This document shows positions 1-10,273 of a DNA stretch of 64,000 bases, piece after piece. The DNA lies in contig CAVPPB010000001.1 in NCBI GenBank assembly GCA_963707215.1, positions 64,001-128,000 on the forward strand, given 5' to 3'. Numbering within the stretch: the stretch's first letter is position 1; each line of letters opens with the position of its first letter. Source of the stretch: an uncultured Chloroflexia bacterium (GTDB lineage: Bacteria > Chloroflexota > Limnocylindria > Limnocylindrales > CSP1-4). The translations under genes were made by a program, and so were the position numbers. The notes beneath the pieces were generated by a model. That model was not told the DNA's origin. It made no database searches and saw nothing but the letters and a program-made list of their open reading frames with translations.

Positions 1-655
1 AGAACTGGAGCACGACGTTGCTGCTGGTCGGATCCGGTCCATCGGAGAGGATCGCCAGCTGGTCCGGGTCGGCCGGGTTCGGGGTCGGCTGGCGAAGCCA
101 GTAGAACCAGGTCAGGTCGCCCTTGCTGTACTCGCCGCTGGCGAGCTCCTCGACCGTCTCGCCGTCGGGCGAGATCCGCATCAGCAGCGGATAGCTCATG
201 GTGTAGTAGACCGGGCGGCCGGTCAGCCCCGGCCAGAAGCCGCGGCCCGACTTGGTCCGGATGAAGTAGATCCACTCGCCGTCGGGCGACCAGGCGGGGT
301 CGGAATCGTCCTCGCCCGAGGTGAGCTGGCGGGCGGTCGAGCCGCTCTGGATCCAGAGGCTGCCCTGCTTGACGTAGACGATGCTGCCCGGCACGTCGGC
401 TCGCGGATCCTTGGGGACCACGACGACGTTCGATGGCGCCGGGGTGGCGTCAGGCCCGGGGCCTCCGGCGCCGTTGCCACCCGACCCACCGCCGACGAAT
501 GGCAGGTTCCCATTCATCAACCCGAGCGTGAGGACCGCGACGATGACCAGCCCCCCGAACGCGAGCAGGGGCCCGAGCGGCGCGCCTGCAGGGAACAGGC
601 CGTACGGATCGCGCGGGGTCCGGCGCCGGGGCGCGGGGGCGGAGCGTCGCGTCAT
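1..655 (-). CDS. TolB-like/PD40 beta-propeller membrane-anchored protein (runs off the window edge)
   Basis: ATG at 655 overlaps the recJ stop (ATGA). Manual translation MTRRSAPAPRRR...LLAFGGLVIVAVLTLGL (TM)...RQLTSGEDDSDPAWSPDGEWIYF (PD40-type repeat). Not in the ORF track because it is truncated. Confidence 0.75.
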   Translation of the reverse strand, partial: MTRRSAPAPRRRTPRDPYGLFPAGAPLGPLLAFGGLVIVAVLTLGLMNGNLPFVGGGSGGNGAGGPGPDATPAPSNVVVVPKDPRADVPGSIVYVKQGSLWIQSGSTARQLTSGEDDSDPAWSPDGEWIYFIRTKSGRGFWPGLTGRPVYYTMSYPLLMRISPDGETVEELASGEYSKGDLTWFYWLRQPTPNPADPDQLAILSDGPDPTSSNVVLQF

Positions 656-2427
656 CGAGGTTCCCCGTGGAGCAGCGCCGCCTCGGCGGCGACCGGCCCT
701 CTCGACGGATCGAGGTGGCTCGCCGTGACGCCCGATCCCCCCGCTGGGCCGACGTCACGGACGTCCAGCTGCAGGGACTCGAACCCCCCGAACGCCCGGC
801 TCGCGAGTCGCGCCACCACGTCGACGCGTTCGCCCTCGATCAGCGATCCCGCCAGATCGGACCGTCCGAAGGCGATCCCATCAAGGACATCCGGGTCGCG
901 GCGCAGGACGAGCTGCGTGTGGCCGCCGTTGGCGGGCCGGACGCGGGAGACTTCGAGGTCGAGGACGACGACGAGCGGCTCCGGGTTGCCCGGCCCGAAT
1001 GGACCGAGCCGCCGGAGCTCATGGACCAGCGGGTAGTCGACACGACGGGCCGGCAGCGCGAGATCGACGGCCAGGGTCGCGGGCGCCGGTCCGGGCATCG
1101 TCGCACCGGCGAGCGCCAGGAACCGGGCCCGGAGCTCGTCCCAGCGGTCGGCGGCGACCTCGAAACCGGCGGCGCCCGAATGGCCACCGTGCCGGATGAG
1201 CAGGTCGTCGAGGCTCGCGAGCAGGGCGGCGAGGTCGAATCCCGGACCGCTCCGGCAGGACGCGCGGACGATGGGCCCCTGGTCGCTGCCGACGATCGCC
1301 GGACGCCCGGAGTCCTCGGCGAGGCGCGAGGCGACCAGGCCGACCACGCCGACCGGCCACGGGCCCCGGACCATGACCGCCGCCTCACCTGGGTCCCCGG
1401 CGATCGCCCGTGCCTCGTCGATCGCCTGGCGGGTGAGCTCCCTGCGGGTGGTGTTGGCAGCCTCGAGCGTATCGGCGTGGGCCGCCGCCTCGTCCGGCGT
1501 GTCCGCGAGCAGCAGCCGGGCCGCATCGAGCGCATCGCCGACCCGACCGGCGGCGTTGAGGCGTGGGGCGATGACGAAGCCGACGGCCTCAAGGTCGACG
1601 GTCTCCGCCGGTGTCCGAGCGCGCTCGAGCAGCGCCGCGAGGCCGGGCCGCGGCCCGGACCGGATCCGCTCGAGGCCGAGCTGGGCGATCGCTCGGTTCT
1701 CGCCGACGAGGGGTGCCATGTCCGAGACGGTACCGATGGTCGCCAGGTCGGCGAGATCGATGGCGGCCTCGGGCCCACCGGGCTCATCGGCCAGGATGAG
1801 CTGGGCGACCTTGAAGGCGACCCCGCTGCCGGTCAGGCGACGATCCGGATACGTCGCATCGGTACGGTGCGGGTTGACGACAGCGACGGCCGGCGGCGGT
1901 GCTGCGGGCATCCGGTGATGGTCGGTCACCAGCACGTCGATGCCTCGCGCCGACGCCGCCTCGATCTCACGGCCGCTGGTGCTGCCGCAGTCGACGGTGA
2001 CGATGACGGTCGCACCGAGCGTGGCAGCTGCCTCCACCGCAGCGAGTGAGAGACCGTGACCCTCCCCGGTCCGGTCGGGCACGTACGGGATCGCTTCGAC
2101 GCCGAGCCGCCCGAGCGCCAGGACCAGGATCGCCAACCCCGTCAGGCCGTCGGCATCGAAGTCGCCGACCACCAGGACCCGCTCGCCGTCTCGTCGCACC
2201 CGCCGGACCCGCTCGAGCACCAGGGCCGCGTCCGGCAGGCGGCCCGGGTCGTGAAGGCCGACGCGAGGCTCTGCGAAGAACGAGGCCATCTCATCGGGAC
2301 CCACGATCCCGCGGCCAGCCAGGACGGTCACGGCGGGCGGGCCGAGGCCGATGGCGGCACCCGCCTCCAGGAGGGCCACCGACGGTGCGGCCTCCGGCAG
2401 GACCCAGCGGAAACGAGGTTCGATCAC
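652..2427 (-). CDS. recJ: ssDNA-specific exonuclease RecJ
   Basis: DHH-family motifs GDFDADG, TVDCG, TDHH, PRLNAAGR, GGHSGAAG; C-terminal LGPFGPGNPEP and OB fold. Confidence 0.95.
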   Translation of the reverse strand: MIEPRFRWVLPEAAPSVALLEAGAAIGLGPPAVTVLAGRGIVGPDEMASFFAEPRVGLHDPGRLPDAALVLERVRRVRRDGERVLVVGDFDADGLTGLAILVLALGRLGVEAIPYVPDRTGEGHGLSLAAVEAAATLGATVIVTVDCGSTSGREIEAASARGIDVLVTDHHRMPAAPPPAVAVVNPHRTDATYPDRRLTGSGVAFKVAQLILADEPGGPEAAIDLADLATIGTVSDMAPLVGENRAIAQLGLERIRSGPRPGLAALLERARTPAETVDLEAVGFVIAPRLNAAGRVGDALDAARLLLADTPDEAAAHADTLEAANTTRRELTRQAIDEARAIAGDPGEAAVMVRGPWPVGVVGLVASRLAEDSGRPAIVGSDQGPIVRASCRSGPGFDLAALLASLDDLLIRHGGHSGAAGFEVAADRWDELRARFLALAGATMPGPAPATLAVDLALPARRVDYPLVHELRRLGPFGPGNPEPLVVVLDLEVSRVRPANGGHTQLVLRRDPDVLDGIAFGRSDLAGSLIEGERVDVVARLASRAFGGFESLQLDVRDVGPAGGSGVTASHLDPSRGPVAAEAALLHGEPR

Positions 2428-2479
2428 GGGGTCAGCATACGGCGGGGACCTTCACGGCGCCTTCGCCGTGGGCTGGACA

Positions 2480-3601
2480 TCAGGCCGTGGTCGTGCGGAC
2501 CGGCCGGGACCGCGGGACCCGACCGTGCCGACGGTCCTCCCAGTCCTGCCACTCGACCAGGATCGGGCTGGCCACGAAGATCGAGGAGTAGGTCCCCGAG
2601 ACGATCCCGATGAGCAGGGCCAGCACGAAGTTGGTGATCGACGGCCCGGCGAAGAGCAGCAGCGACAGCAAGGTCAGGATGACGGTGAAGCTGGTCATCA
2701 GGGATCGGCCGAGGGTCTGCAGGACCGAGTGGTTGACGATCTGGGCGAACGGCTCGCCGGCGTGACGGGCGCGATTCTCGCGGACGCGGTCGAAGACGAC
2801 GATCGTGTCGTGAACGCTGAAGCCGATGACCGTCAGCATCGCGGTCACGAACAGGCCGTCGACCTGGACCCGCAGGAAGGTGCCCAGGATCGCGAAGATC
2901 CCGAGGACCACCAGGACGTCGTGGACGAGGGCGATGAGCGCCGAGACGCCGAACTTCACGTCGTGGAAGCGGATGGTGATCCAGAGCAGGATGCCCAGCG
3001 AACCGATCGCGATGAGCAGCAGCGCCTGCTGGATCAGATCGGCCGAGACGATCGGACCGATGGTGGTGAGGACCGCCTGCTCGAAGGGGCCGTAGGTGTC
3101 CTCGAGGTCGGCCGCGATCTCGCCGAGCTGGCCGCTGGTCGGGATCTGGCCGGCTCCGGGAGCGATCGGCGAAGGGCTGGGCTCGGGAGAGGCCGAGGGG
3201 CTGGGCTCGGGAGAGGCCGAGGGACTAGGCGACGCGCTGCCCTGCGGCTCCGCCGCGGCGGACGGCCGCGGCGACGCTCCGGGGGATGGGCTGGGCAGCG
3301 GCGTCGGAGCCTCCTGCAGGTCCAGAGGCTCGGTCCGGATGTCGAGGAAGCCCTCGGCGGTCGTGGCCACGGTCGTGCCGGCGAGGCCCCGCTCCAGGAA
3401 GACCGCCTTCACGTCGTCGGGGCTGACGGACTCGTCGTCGAAGCGGATGACCCACTGGGTGCCACCCGTGTAGTCGATCGAGAATTGGAGGCCGATCGCA
3501 CCGCCGGAGATGGGCGTAAGGAGGATGAAGACGAGGCCAGGGATGGTCACCAGGGCCGAGAACAGGAAGAACCAGCGACGCTTGCCGACGATGTCAAACA
3601 C
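2480..3601 (-). CDS. secF: Protein translocase subunit SecF
   Basis: SIDYTGGT, HDVL, GFSVHDTIVVFDRVREN, GTYSSIFVA; GTG start at 3601 overlaps the secD stop. Confidence 0.95.
   Translation of the reverse strand: MFDIVGKRRWFFLFSALVTIPGLVFILLTPISGGAIGLQFSIDYTGGTQWVIRFDDESVSPDDVKAVFLERGLAGTTVATTAEGFLDIRTEPLDLQEAPTPLPSPSPGASPRPSAAAEPQGSASPSPSASPEPSPSASPEPSPSPIAPGAGQIPTSGQLGEIAADLEDTYGPFEQAVLTTIGPIVSADLIQQALLLIAIGSLGILLWITIRFHDVKFGVSALIALVHDVLVVLGIFAILGTFLRVQVDGLFVTAMLTVIGFSVHDTIVVFDRVRENRARHAGEPFAQIVNHSVLQTLGRSLMTSFTVILTLLSLLLFAGPSITNFVLALLIGIVSGTYSSIFVASPILVEWQDWEDRRHGRVPRSRPVRTTTA
3174..3221 (-). repeat. 2 x 24-nt tandem repeat encoding a Pro/Ser linker in SecF
   Basis: gggctgggctcgggagaggccgag at 3174-3197 and 3198-3221 (SASPEPSP x2). 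Confidence 0.9.
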
Positions 3602-4955
3602 GGCTGGTCGCCTCTGCGCGCCGGGTCGGGCGGGCGGTCGGCCGGGCCACGAACTCCTCGTCGGACACGCCGTAGTACGAGGCTTTCTGGAAGGTCCGCC
3701 GCGAGACAACCCAGCGGAGGACCGTCCGGCTGACCGTGATCGCAGTGAACATCGAGATCAGGACACCGATGATCAGCACCAGGGCGAAGCCGCGGATCAC
3801 CGAGGTCCCGACGGTGAAGAGGATGGTCGCCGTGATCAGGCTCGACACGTTCGAATCGAAGATCGAGTTCCAGGCCCGGTTGAAGCCGGCCTCCGTCGCG
3901 GCGGACAGCGACTTGCCGGCGCGCAGCTCCTCCTTCATCCGCTCGAAGATCAGGATGTTGGCGTCGACCGCCATGCCGACCGAGAGGACGAAGCCGGCGA
4001 TGCCGGCCAGGGTGAGGGTGACCGGGACGAGCCGGAAGATGGCCAGGACGAGGACCGTGTAGTAGGCCAGCGCCCCGACCGCGACCACGCCCGGGAGCCG
4101 GTAGTGGAGGATCATCAGGAGCGCGACCAGGAGGATCCCGACGAGGGCAGCAAGGACCCCCTGCTGAAGGAAGGCGTCGCCGAGGGTCGGGGCGATCGTC
4201 TCGTAGGCCGCCTCCTGGACCGGGAACGGCAGTGAGCCGTACCGGAGGACGGTGATGAGGCTGTTGGCTTCGTCGGCCGAGAAGCCCCCGGCGCCGCCGG
4301 CAGTGATCTGGCCCTCGCCATTGGTGATCGGGCTCTGGATGACCGGGGCAGAGACGATCGTCCCGTCGAGGACGATGGCGAACTGGTTGCCGACGTTGTT
4401 CGAGGTGTACTCGGCGAAGAGCGCGGCGCCCTCGGACTTCAGGGTGAACGAGACTGCCAGGCCACCGAACTGGTCGGTCCCGGCCGCCGCGTTGCTGACC
4501 TGATCGCCGGAGAACAGCGGCGGGTACTGCTCGAGATCGATGGCCTGGCCCTGGGCGACCTGGTTGCCGGGCGGGATGGGCACGAACTCGACCCGACCGG
4601 TCTGGCCGACGAGGTCGCGGACGATCTGCGGGTTGTCGACGCCAGGCAGCTCGACGACGATCCGGTCGGCGCCCTGGGTCTGGACGACCGGCTCCGCCAC
4701 GCCGACGGCATTCACCCGCTGCTCCATGATGTCGCGGATGACCGCCATGTCCGACTGGGTCGGGGCCTGACCCTCGACCGGCTGGGCCTGGTAGACGACC
4801 CGGAGACCTCCCTCGAGATCGAGGCCGAGCTTCGTCTCGAGCGTCCGGGGACCGCCGTCGGGCCCGCCGAAGGGCACCGTCAGACCCGGCACGAAGCTGA
4901 AGACAAGGGCAGCGACGCCCACAAGGACGATCAGGATGGGGATAGCGCGGCGCAT
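3594..4955 (-). CDS. secD: Protein translocase subunit SecD
   Basis: LGLDLEGG, GVAEP, RIVVELPG, GMAVDANILIFERMKEE, DSNV; start MRRAIPIL at 4955. Confidence 0.95.
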   Translation of the reverse strand: MRRAIPILIVLVGVAALVFSFVPGLTVPFGGPDGGPRTLETKLGLDLEGGLRVVYQAQPVEGQAPTQSDMAVIRDIMEQRVNAVGVAEPVVQTQGADRIVVELPGVDNPQIVRDLVGQTGRVEFVPIPPGNQVAQGQAIDLEQYPPLFSGDQVSNAAAGTDQFGGLAVSFTLKSEGAALFAEYTSNNVGNQFAIVLDGTIVSAPVIQSPITNGEGQITAGGAGGFSADEANSLITVLRYGSLPFPVQEAAYETIAPTLGDAFLQQGVLAALVGILLVALLMILHYRLPGVVAVGALAYYTVLVLAIFRLVPVTLTLAGIAGFVLSVGMAVDANILIFERMKEELRAGKSLSAATEAGFNRAWNSIFDSNVSSLITATILFTVGTSVIRGFALVLIIGVLISMFTAITVSRTVLRWVVSRRTFQKASYYGVSDEEFVARPTARPTRRAEATSRV

Positions 4956-5010
4956 CGGGGCGGGATGATACACGCTCGGCGGCGGCACCGCCGACGACGA
5001 GGAGACCGGC

Positions 5011-6871
5011 TCAGGACTCCAGGCCCGCTTTGATCCGGGCCGCCAGGGCCGGCCCGATCCCGGGCACCGCGGCGATCTGCTCGACGGGCGCCTCTCGGAC
5101 CCGCTTCGCCGACCCGAAGACCCGGAGGAGCGCCTGACGTCGCTTCGGCCCCACCCCTGCGAGCTCATCGAACGCCGATCGCGTGGCCCGCTTCGAGCGG
5201 AGCGACCGGTGGTACGTGATGGCGAACCGATGGGCCTCGTCCCGGAGGCGCTGGACGAGGTACAAGGCCGGTGACGTCGCCTCGAGCAGGATCGGCTCGC
5301 TGCGCCCCGGCAGGAAGAGCTCCTCGCGCTCCTTGGCCAGGCCGACGACCGGCAGATCGCCGAGCCCGGCCTCCGCCAGGACCGCCGCGGCGGCCCGTAC
5401 CTGGCCGCGACCGCCGTCGATCACGACGAGATCCGGCATCGCCCAGCGGCGCTCTTCCTCGACCCCCTCCTGGCCCGCCGCGGTCTGACGGAAGCGCCGC
5501 CGAAGGATCTCGCGGTGGCTGGCGACGTCGTCGGGGCGATCCGCCACCGAGCGGACCCGGAAGCGTCGGTACTCCGAGCGTGCGGGGCCGTCCCTCCGCG
5601 AACACGACCATCGAGCCGACCGTCTCGCGACCCTGGAACGTGCTGATGTCGTAGCACTCGATCCGCATCGGTGGGCCGGGCAGGTCGAGTGCCGTCGCCA
5701 GGCCCTCGAGCGCCGCCAGCGTCCGCCCCTCGTCCGCAAGCCAGCGGGCGTGCTCGCGGGCGAGCACCTCGGTGGCGTTCCGCTGGGCCAGCTCGAGGAG
5801 CTGACGCTTCTCGCCGCGACGCGGTACCGCCAGGCCGACCGAGGCGCCGCGACGCTCGGCCAGGAACGCCTCGAGTTCGGCCGTCTCCGCCGGCAGGGTC
5901 GGCACGAGGATCCGCGGCGGCACCGACGTGGCCCGCGTGTAGTACTGGAGCAGGAACGAACCGAGGACCTCCTCGTCCGAGGCCTCGCGCACCGCGTCGA
6001 GAAGGAAGACGTCCCGGCCGACCATCGCCCCGGCCCGGACGACGAAGAGCTGGATCGCCGCCTGGTTGTCCTGGCGAGCAAGCCCGAGGAGGTCGAGCTC
6101 GGTCCGGGCGAAGGCGGCCATCTTCTGGGACTCCATCGTCCGCTCGATCGCCCGCACCTTGTCGCGCAGGGCGGCGGCCCGCTCGAACTCCAGGCGCTCC
6201 GCAGCCGTCTCCATCTCAGATCGCAGCGCAGCGGCGACCGCTTCCTGGCGGCCCTCCAGGAAGAGCTCGATCTGAGCGATGTCGTCCCGGTAGGCGGCCC
6301 GATCGACGGCCTCGATGCAGGGCCCCTGGCAGCGCTTGATGTGGTACAGCAGGCAAGGCCGCTGGAGCGCCCGCTCCCCCTCGACGATCCGGATCGCGCA
6401 CGTCCGGAATGGGAAGAGCCGTCGGATCAGGTTCATCGCCTCGTCGACCGACGAGGCCGATGCATACGGCCCGAAGTAGCGCGAGCCGTCCTGGATGAGC
6501 TTGCGGGTCCGCTCGACCCGCGGGAAATCCTCGGCCGCGGTGATCCGGATGTAGGGGTAGCTCTTGTCGTCCTTGAGGCGGACGTTGAAGCGGGGCTGGT
6601 AGCGCTTGATCAGGTTGGCCTCGAGCAGGAGGGCTTCGGAGACCGAGTCGGTGACGGTCCACTCGAGGTCCACCACGCGATCGATGGCGGAGCGGATCCG
6701 CTGGCTGTCACCCGGCCCCCGACCGGAGGAGCGCTGCCAGTAGCTGCGGACCCGGCTCCGGAGGCGCTGCGCCTTGCCGACGTACAGGACCGTGCCGCGA
6801 CCGTCGCGCATGAGATAGACGCCCGGCCGGTCGGGCAGTCGCTTGAGGGTGGCCTGGAGCTCCGGCGTCAC
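5011..6871 (-). CDS. uvrC: Excinuclease ABC subunit C (one frameshift near 5580)
   Basis: GIY-YIG (PGVYLM..LYVGKA), DDKSYPY, RIECYDIS in ORF 5165-6871; DGGRGQ, RDEAHRFA and HhH in ORF 5011-6081. Confidence 0.93.
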
Positions 6872-6937
6872 GCGCCGATGCTAGGGCACCGTTCCGCCCT
6901 CCGTCGCGGACCGCCGGTTCGCGGGCCGTCGCATCCG

Positions 6938-8032
6938 TCAGCGATCGGCCCGGGCGCCTCCCCCCGCCAAGGACGCGGAGTCGACCAGCCCGAACCCGCC
7001 CACCACGCGTCCGTCCAGGCGGACGTCGACCCGGAGACAGCCGGCGAGACCGGCCGTCCGGAGGTTGGCCGTCCAGCGGCCACCGGACAGCGCCAGCGAG
7101 GCCGGAGCCGATCGGGCCACCCCGGGGGAGCAGTCGCCGGGGACGAGGTCCACCCTCCCCTGCCGGATCGGCTGGCCCGCGCGCTCGAGATGGACCTTGA
7201 CCGGCAGCGTCCGGGCCCCTGGCAGGATCACCCCGGTACCGAGCCTGATCGGTGCCTCGAACCTGACCGTGACAGGCGTCTCGTACTGGACGGTCACGGT
7301 GAACCCGCCGGTCACGAGATGCCCGGCGCTGTCCTCGGTCGAGCAGTCGACCTCTGTCGTGCCCACCGGGAACCAGGATCCACTCGGCGGCGAGCAGGTG
7401 ACCGACGGACCCGGATCGTCCTCGGCGTCGGCCGCGGCGACGGCGAACTCGATGAAGGCACCCGCCGGGTCGGTCGTCAGGACGGTGAGGTCCTCCGGCA
7501 GGTGGAGGGTCGGCGGCTCGTCGGCACCGACCGAGAGGCGCAGGCGCACCTCGAGGAGGCTGGAGATGCCGGCGAGGGGCGACGGGGAGGTCGCCCGGAA
7601 GAGGATGACGTACTCGTACGGGCCGCCGACAGCCGACGGAGCCGTCAGGGTCACGGTCGCGGGGGGGACGGCTGCGGTCTCGGCCGGGCTCGAGCAGGGC
7701 ACGCCATCGGCCGGCCAGCTCGACGGTGGGCTGAAGGAGGTCCCAGCGACGACCGCGGCACCGCCCGTCGGGACCGTGACCCCGCCGAAGGGGGACAGGC
7801 TCACGACCTGGCCCTGGTCCAGGTGCGAGGTCCCGGAGCAGGTCAGGCGGAAGGCCACCGGCGCGATGAGCTGCGCGCCGGGCGCGACGCTGCCCAGGTC
7901 CACCAACTCCTGAGGGCCGGGATCGAGGGCGTCGCCGTCGGCGACGAGCGTGTCCGCTGCGGCCACCCCGGCCATGATGAGCGATGCCGCGACGGCCAGC
8001 CCGACTGCGCGACGCAAGGCCCGTGAGCGCAT
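6938..8032 (-). CDS. Secreted HYR-domain protein with PxKF-like C-terminal domain
   Basis: Signal peptide; HYR-like PPSGSWFPVGTTEVDCSTEDSAG; C-terminal GARTLPVKVHL. Confidence 0.7.
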   Translation of the reverse strand: MRSRALRRAVGLAVAASLIMAGVAAADTLVADGDALDPGPQELVDLGSVAPGAQLIAPVAFRLTCSGTSHLDQGQVVSLSPFGGVTVPTGGAAVVAGTSFSPPSSWPADGVPCSSPAETAAVPPATVTLTAPSAVGGPYEYVILFRATSPSPLAGISSLLEVRLRLSVGADEPPTLHLPEDLTVLTTDPAGAFIEFAVAAADAEDDPGPSVTCSPPSGSWFPVGTTEVDCSTEDSAGHLVTGGFTVTVQYETPVTVRFEAPIRLGTGVILPGARTLPVKVHLERAGQPIRQGRVDLVPGDCSPGVARSAPASLALSGGRWTANLRTAGLAGCLRVDVRLDGRVVGGFGLVDSASLAGGGARADR

Positions 8033-8166
8033 GACGACCGACTCCTCCCCCGAACCCCCGGCGACGTGGTCCGGTCGATCGTCAGGTGGCGGCGCGCGGG
8101 CGTCGATGGGCCGATGGGGTCGCTCGGTGCGCGAGCGCGCCGCCCGTCCGTACCGGTGCGCCGACG

Positions 8167-8200
8167 CACGACGGCCGGCCCGCCCGGGCCGGCCGTCGTG
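8167..8200 (-). terminator. 15-bp GC hairpin downstream of the 5'-nucleotidase gene
   Basis: cacgacggccggccc-gccc-gggccggccgtcgtg; no U tract. Confidence 0.55.
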
Positions 8201-8216
8201 GCGTGTGGAGCTGGGC

Positions 8217-10073
8217 CTAGAGGCGGACGATCCTGCCCTCGCCCCCGAACGGGTAGTCCGCTGCGCTCACGACGCCGCCGAGTCCCGCCTCCAGGAAGGC
8301 GGCCAGGGCCTGCTGGTAGGTGAAGCCGACGACCTCGAACGGCAGGCCCCGGAACGGGTACTGATCCCCGCCGCGGGCCAGGAAGTCGATCGTCGCCACG
8401 TCGATCGGATCGCCGGGCACGACCGCCCCGCCGGTCACGATGACGGTGCCATCGTCGAGCTGGACCTCCCGGACCCGGTCACCGGCCTGGGTGACGTTGC
8501 CGTCCAGGTCCAAGAGCTGCGGCGTCCCGGTCGGGTCGTACTGGACCGCGAAGCCGGCGATCTGGGCGAAGCGCCCGTCGACGAACTCCACGCGCGAGTA
8601 GGCGTTCTCCAGGATCTCCTTGAACTGCTCGCGTGGGACGTCCTCGACGATCGCGACGAAGTTCGGGAACGGCACCATCGAGAAGGTGTCGAGCTCGGTC
8701 AATGGTCCGGCCGGGATGATGTTGTTGTTCCGGATGCCGCCACCGTTCTGGAGCGCGACCTGCGGCGCGTCGACGCCGTAGTCGGGAGCGACCTCGGTGG
8801 CCTGCCAGAGCAACGAATCGGCGATCAGGTCGCCCTCGTTCGTCTCGGCGACCCGGACGCCGGCATCACCGGCCGCGCGGCGCCCGTCGAGATCGACCTC
8901 CGAGGTGGCGACGACGGTGGCAGCCAGCTCCTCGAGGCCGGCCGCAACGGGATCGACCACCATGGCCTGCATCGTCGGATCGGGCAGCACCGCATCGTCG
9001 CAGGGCATCGTGCCGCTGCAGTCGCCGGAGGCGACGCGGACGGGGCCGCTCCGATCCTGCTCGATCATGAGGACCTGGCCGTCCTGGTCGAAGCCGACGA
9101 CCAGCTGGCCGACGTACTTGTACTCGCCCGACGTCGTGACGACCGGGACCATGTCGCCATCCATGTCGGTGGCCATCATCGGGTAGCTGCCGTAGACGGA
9201 GCCCTCATCGCCAGGGATGAGGAGGTCGTCGCCGTCGGCCAGGAGCTCGTCACCGCCCCCGGCGATGATCACGTCGAGGCCGTCGACCATCCCGGCCAGG
9301 TCGACCTCATTCTCGATGCTCTGCAGGTGGCTGCTCAGGATGATCATCTCGACGCCCATTCCCTGGAGGTGATCGACCTGGGCCTGGACGATGGCGGCGA
9401 GATCGTCCGAGACCTCCACGTTTCGCGGCGACGAGATGAAGGGCAGATTCGGGGTCTCGAGTCCGATGACACCGATCAGCTCACCGCGCTCCCTGATGAC
9501 CGTCGCAGGCATGATCACGCCGGCATCGACGTAGGCCTGGAGACGAGGCTCGCCGCTGAAGTCGAGGTTGGCGCTCACATACGTCGGCGGGACCGCGTAG
9601 CCGTCGATGAAGTCGGCCAGGACGTCCGGCCCGAAGTCGAAGTCGTGGTTGCCGAGGTTGACCGCGTCGTAGCCGATGAGCTCCATCGCGATCGTGTCGT
9701 AGAACGGCACGCCGTGCTCGAGCCCGACGTTGAACTCGGGTCCGGCGAGGAAGTTGTCGCCGGACGAGATCATGACGACGCCGCGCTTGGCGCCGCGCTG
9801 CGGCCACGGGCCGTTCGTGGCATCCCAGCGCAGCTCATCGACGACCGTCTTGAAGCGCGCGGCACCGCCGAAGTCCTCGAGGCCGGGCCCGGCGTCGAGG
9901 ACCTGGGACTCACCATCGTTGTTGTGCAGGATCGTCAGCCACAGAGCCACCTTGGGCTCCGCCGCGGCGGCCGGACCGGCGAGCGCCCCGACGAGCAGGG
10001 CGACCGAGGCGAGCAGGGCGATGATCCGGGAGTGGAGAGCCGATCCGCCGATCGGCCCCGAGCGTGTCGACAT
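8217..10073 (-). CDS. Secreted bifunctional metallophosphatase/5'-nucleotidase
   Basis: Signal peptide; LHNND, SSGDNF, GNHDFD, ETNEGDLIAD, NGGGIR, FLARGGDQY. Confidence 0.92.
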   Translation of the reverse strand: MSTRSGPIGGSALHSRIIALLASVALLVGALAGPAAAAEPKVALWLTILHNNDGESQVLDAGPGLEDFGGAARFKTVVDELRWDATNGPWPQRGAKRGVVMISSGDNFLAGPEFNVGLEHGVPFYDTIAMELIGYDAVNLGNHDFDFGPDVLADFIDGYAVPPTYVSANLDFSGEPRLQAYVDAGVIMPATVIRERGELIGVIGLETPNLPFISSPRNVEVSDDLAAIVQAQVDHLQGMGVEMIILSSHLQSIENEVDLAGMVDGLDVIIAGGGDELLADGDDLLIPGDEGSVYGSYPMMATDMDGDMVPVVTTSGEYKYVGQLVVGFDQDGQVLMIEQDRSGPVRVASGDCSGTMPCDDAVLPDPTMQAMVVDPVAAGLEELAATVVATSEVDLDGRRAAGDAGVRVAETNEGDLIADSLLWQATEVAPDYGVDAPQVALQNGGGIRNNNIIPAGPLTELDTFSMVPFPNFVAIVEDVPREQFKEILENAYSRVEFVDGRFAQIAGFAVQYDPTGTPQLLDLDGNVTQAGDRVREVQLDDGTVIVTGGAVVPGDPIDVATIDFLARGGDQYPFRGLPFEVVGFTYQQALAAFLEAGLGGVVSAADYPFGGEGRIVRL

Positions 10074-10273
10074 GGCGACCTCCGCGTGGGCACGGGCACA
10101 GGACGTGCGGGACGCTGGGGCCTCGATTCTACCGCCCGAGTCTTGTCCGGAGGCCCTTCGGCCCGGTCAGCGCGCCGCGACCGAGCCGATGCGGTGCGCC
10201 GACGCACCGCCGAACGACCGACCCGGGTCGCGCGATAGGCCGCCGATGAGGCGACCTCGTCACGATCGACCGC

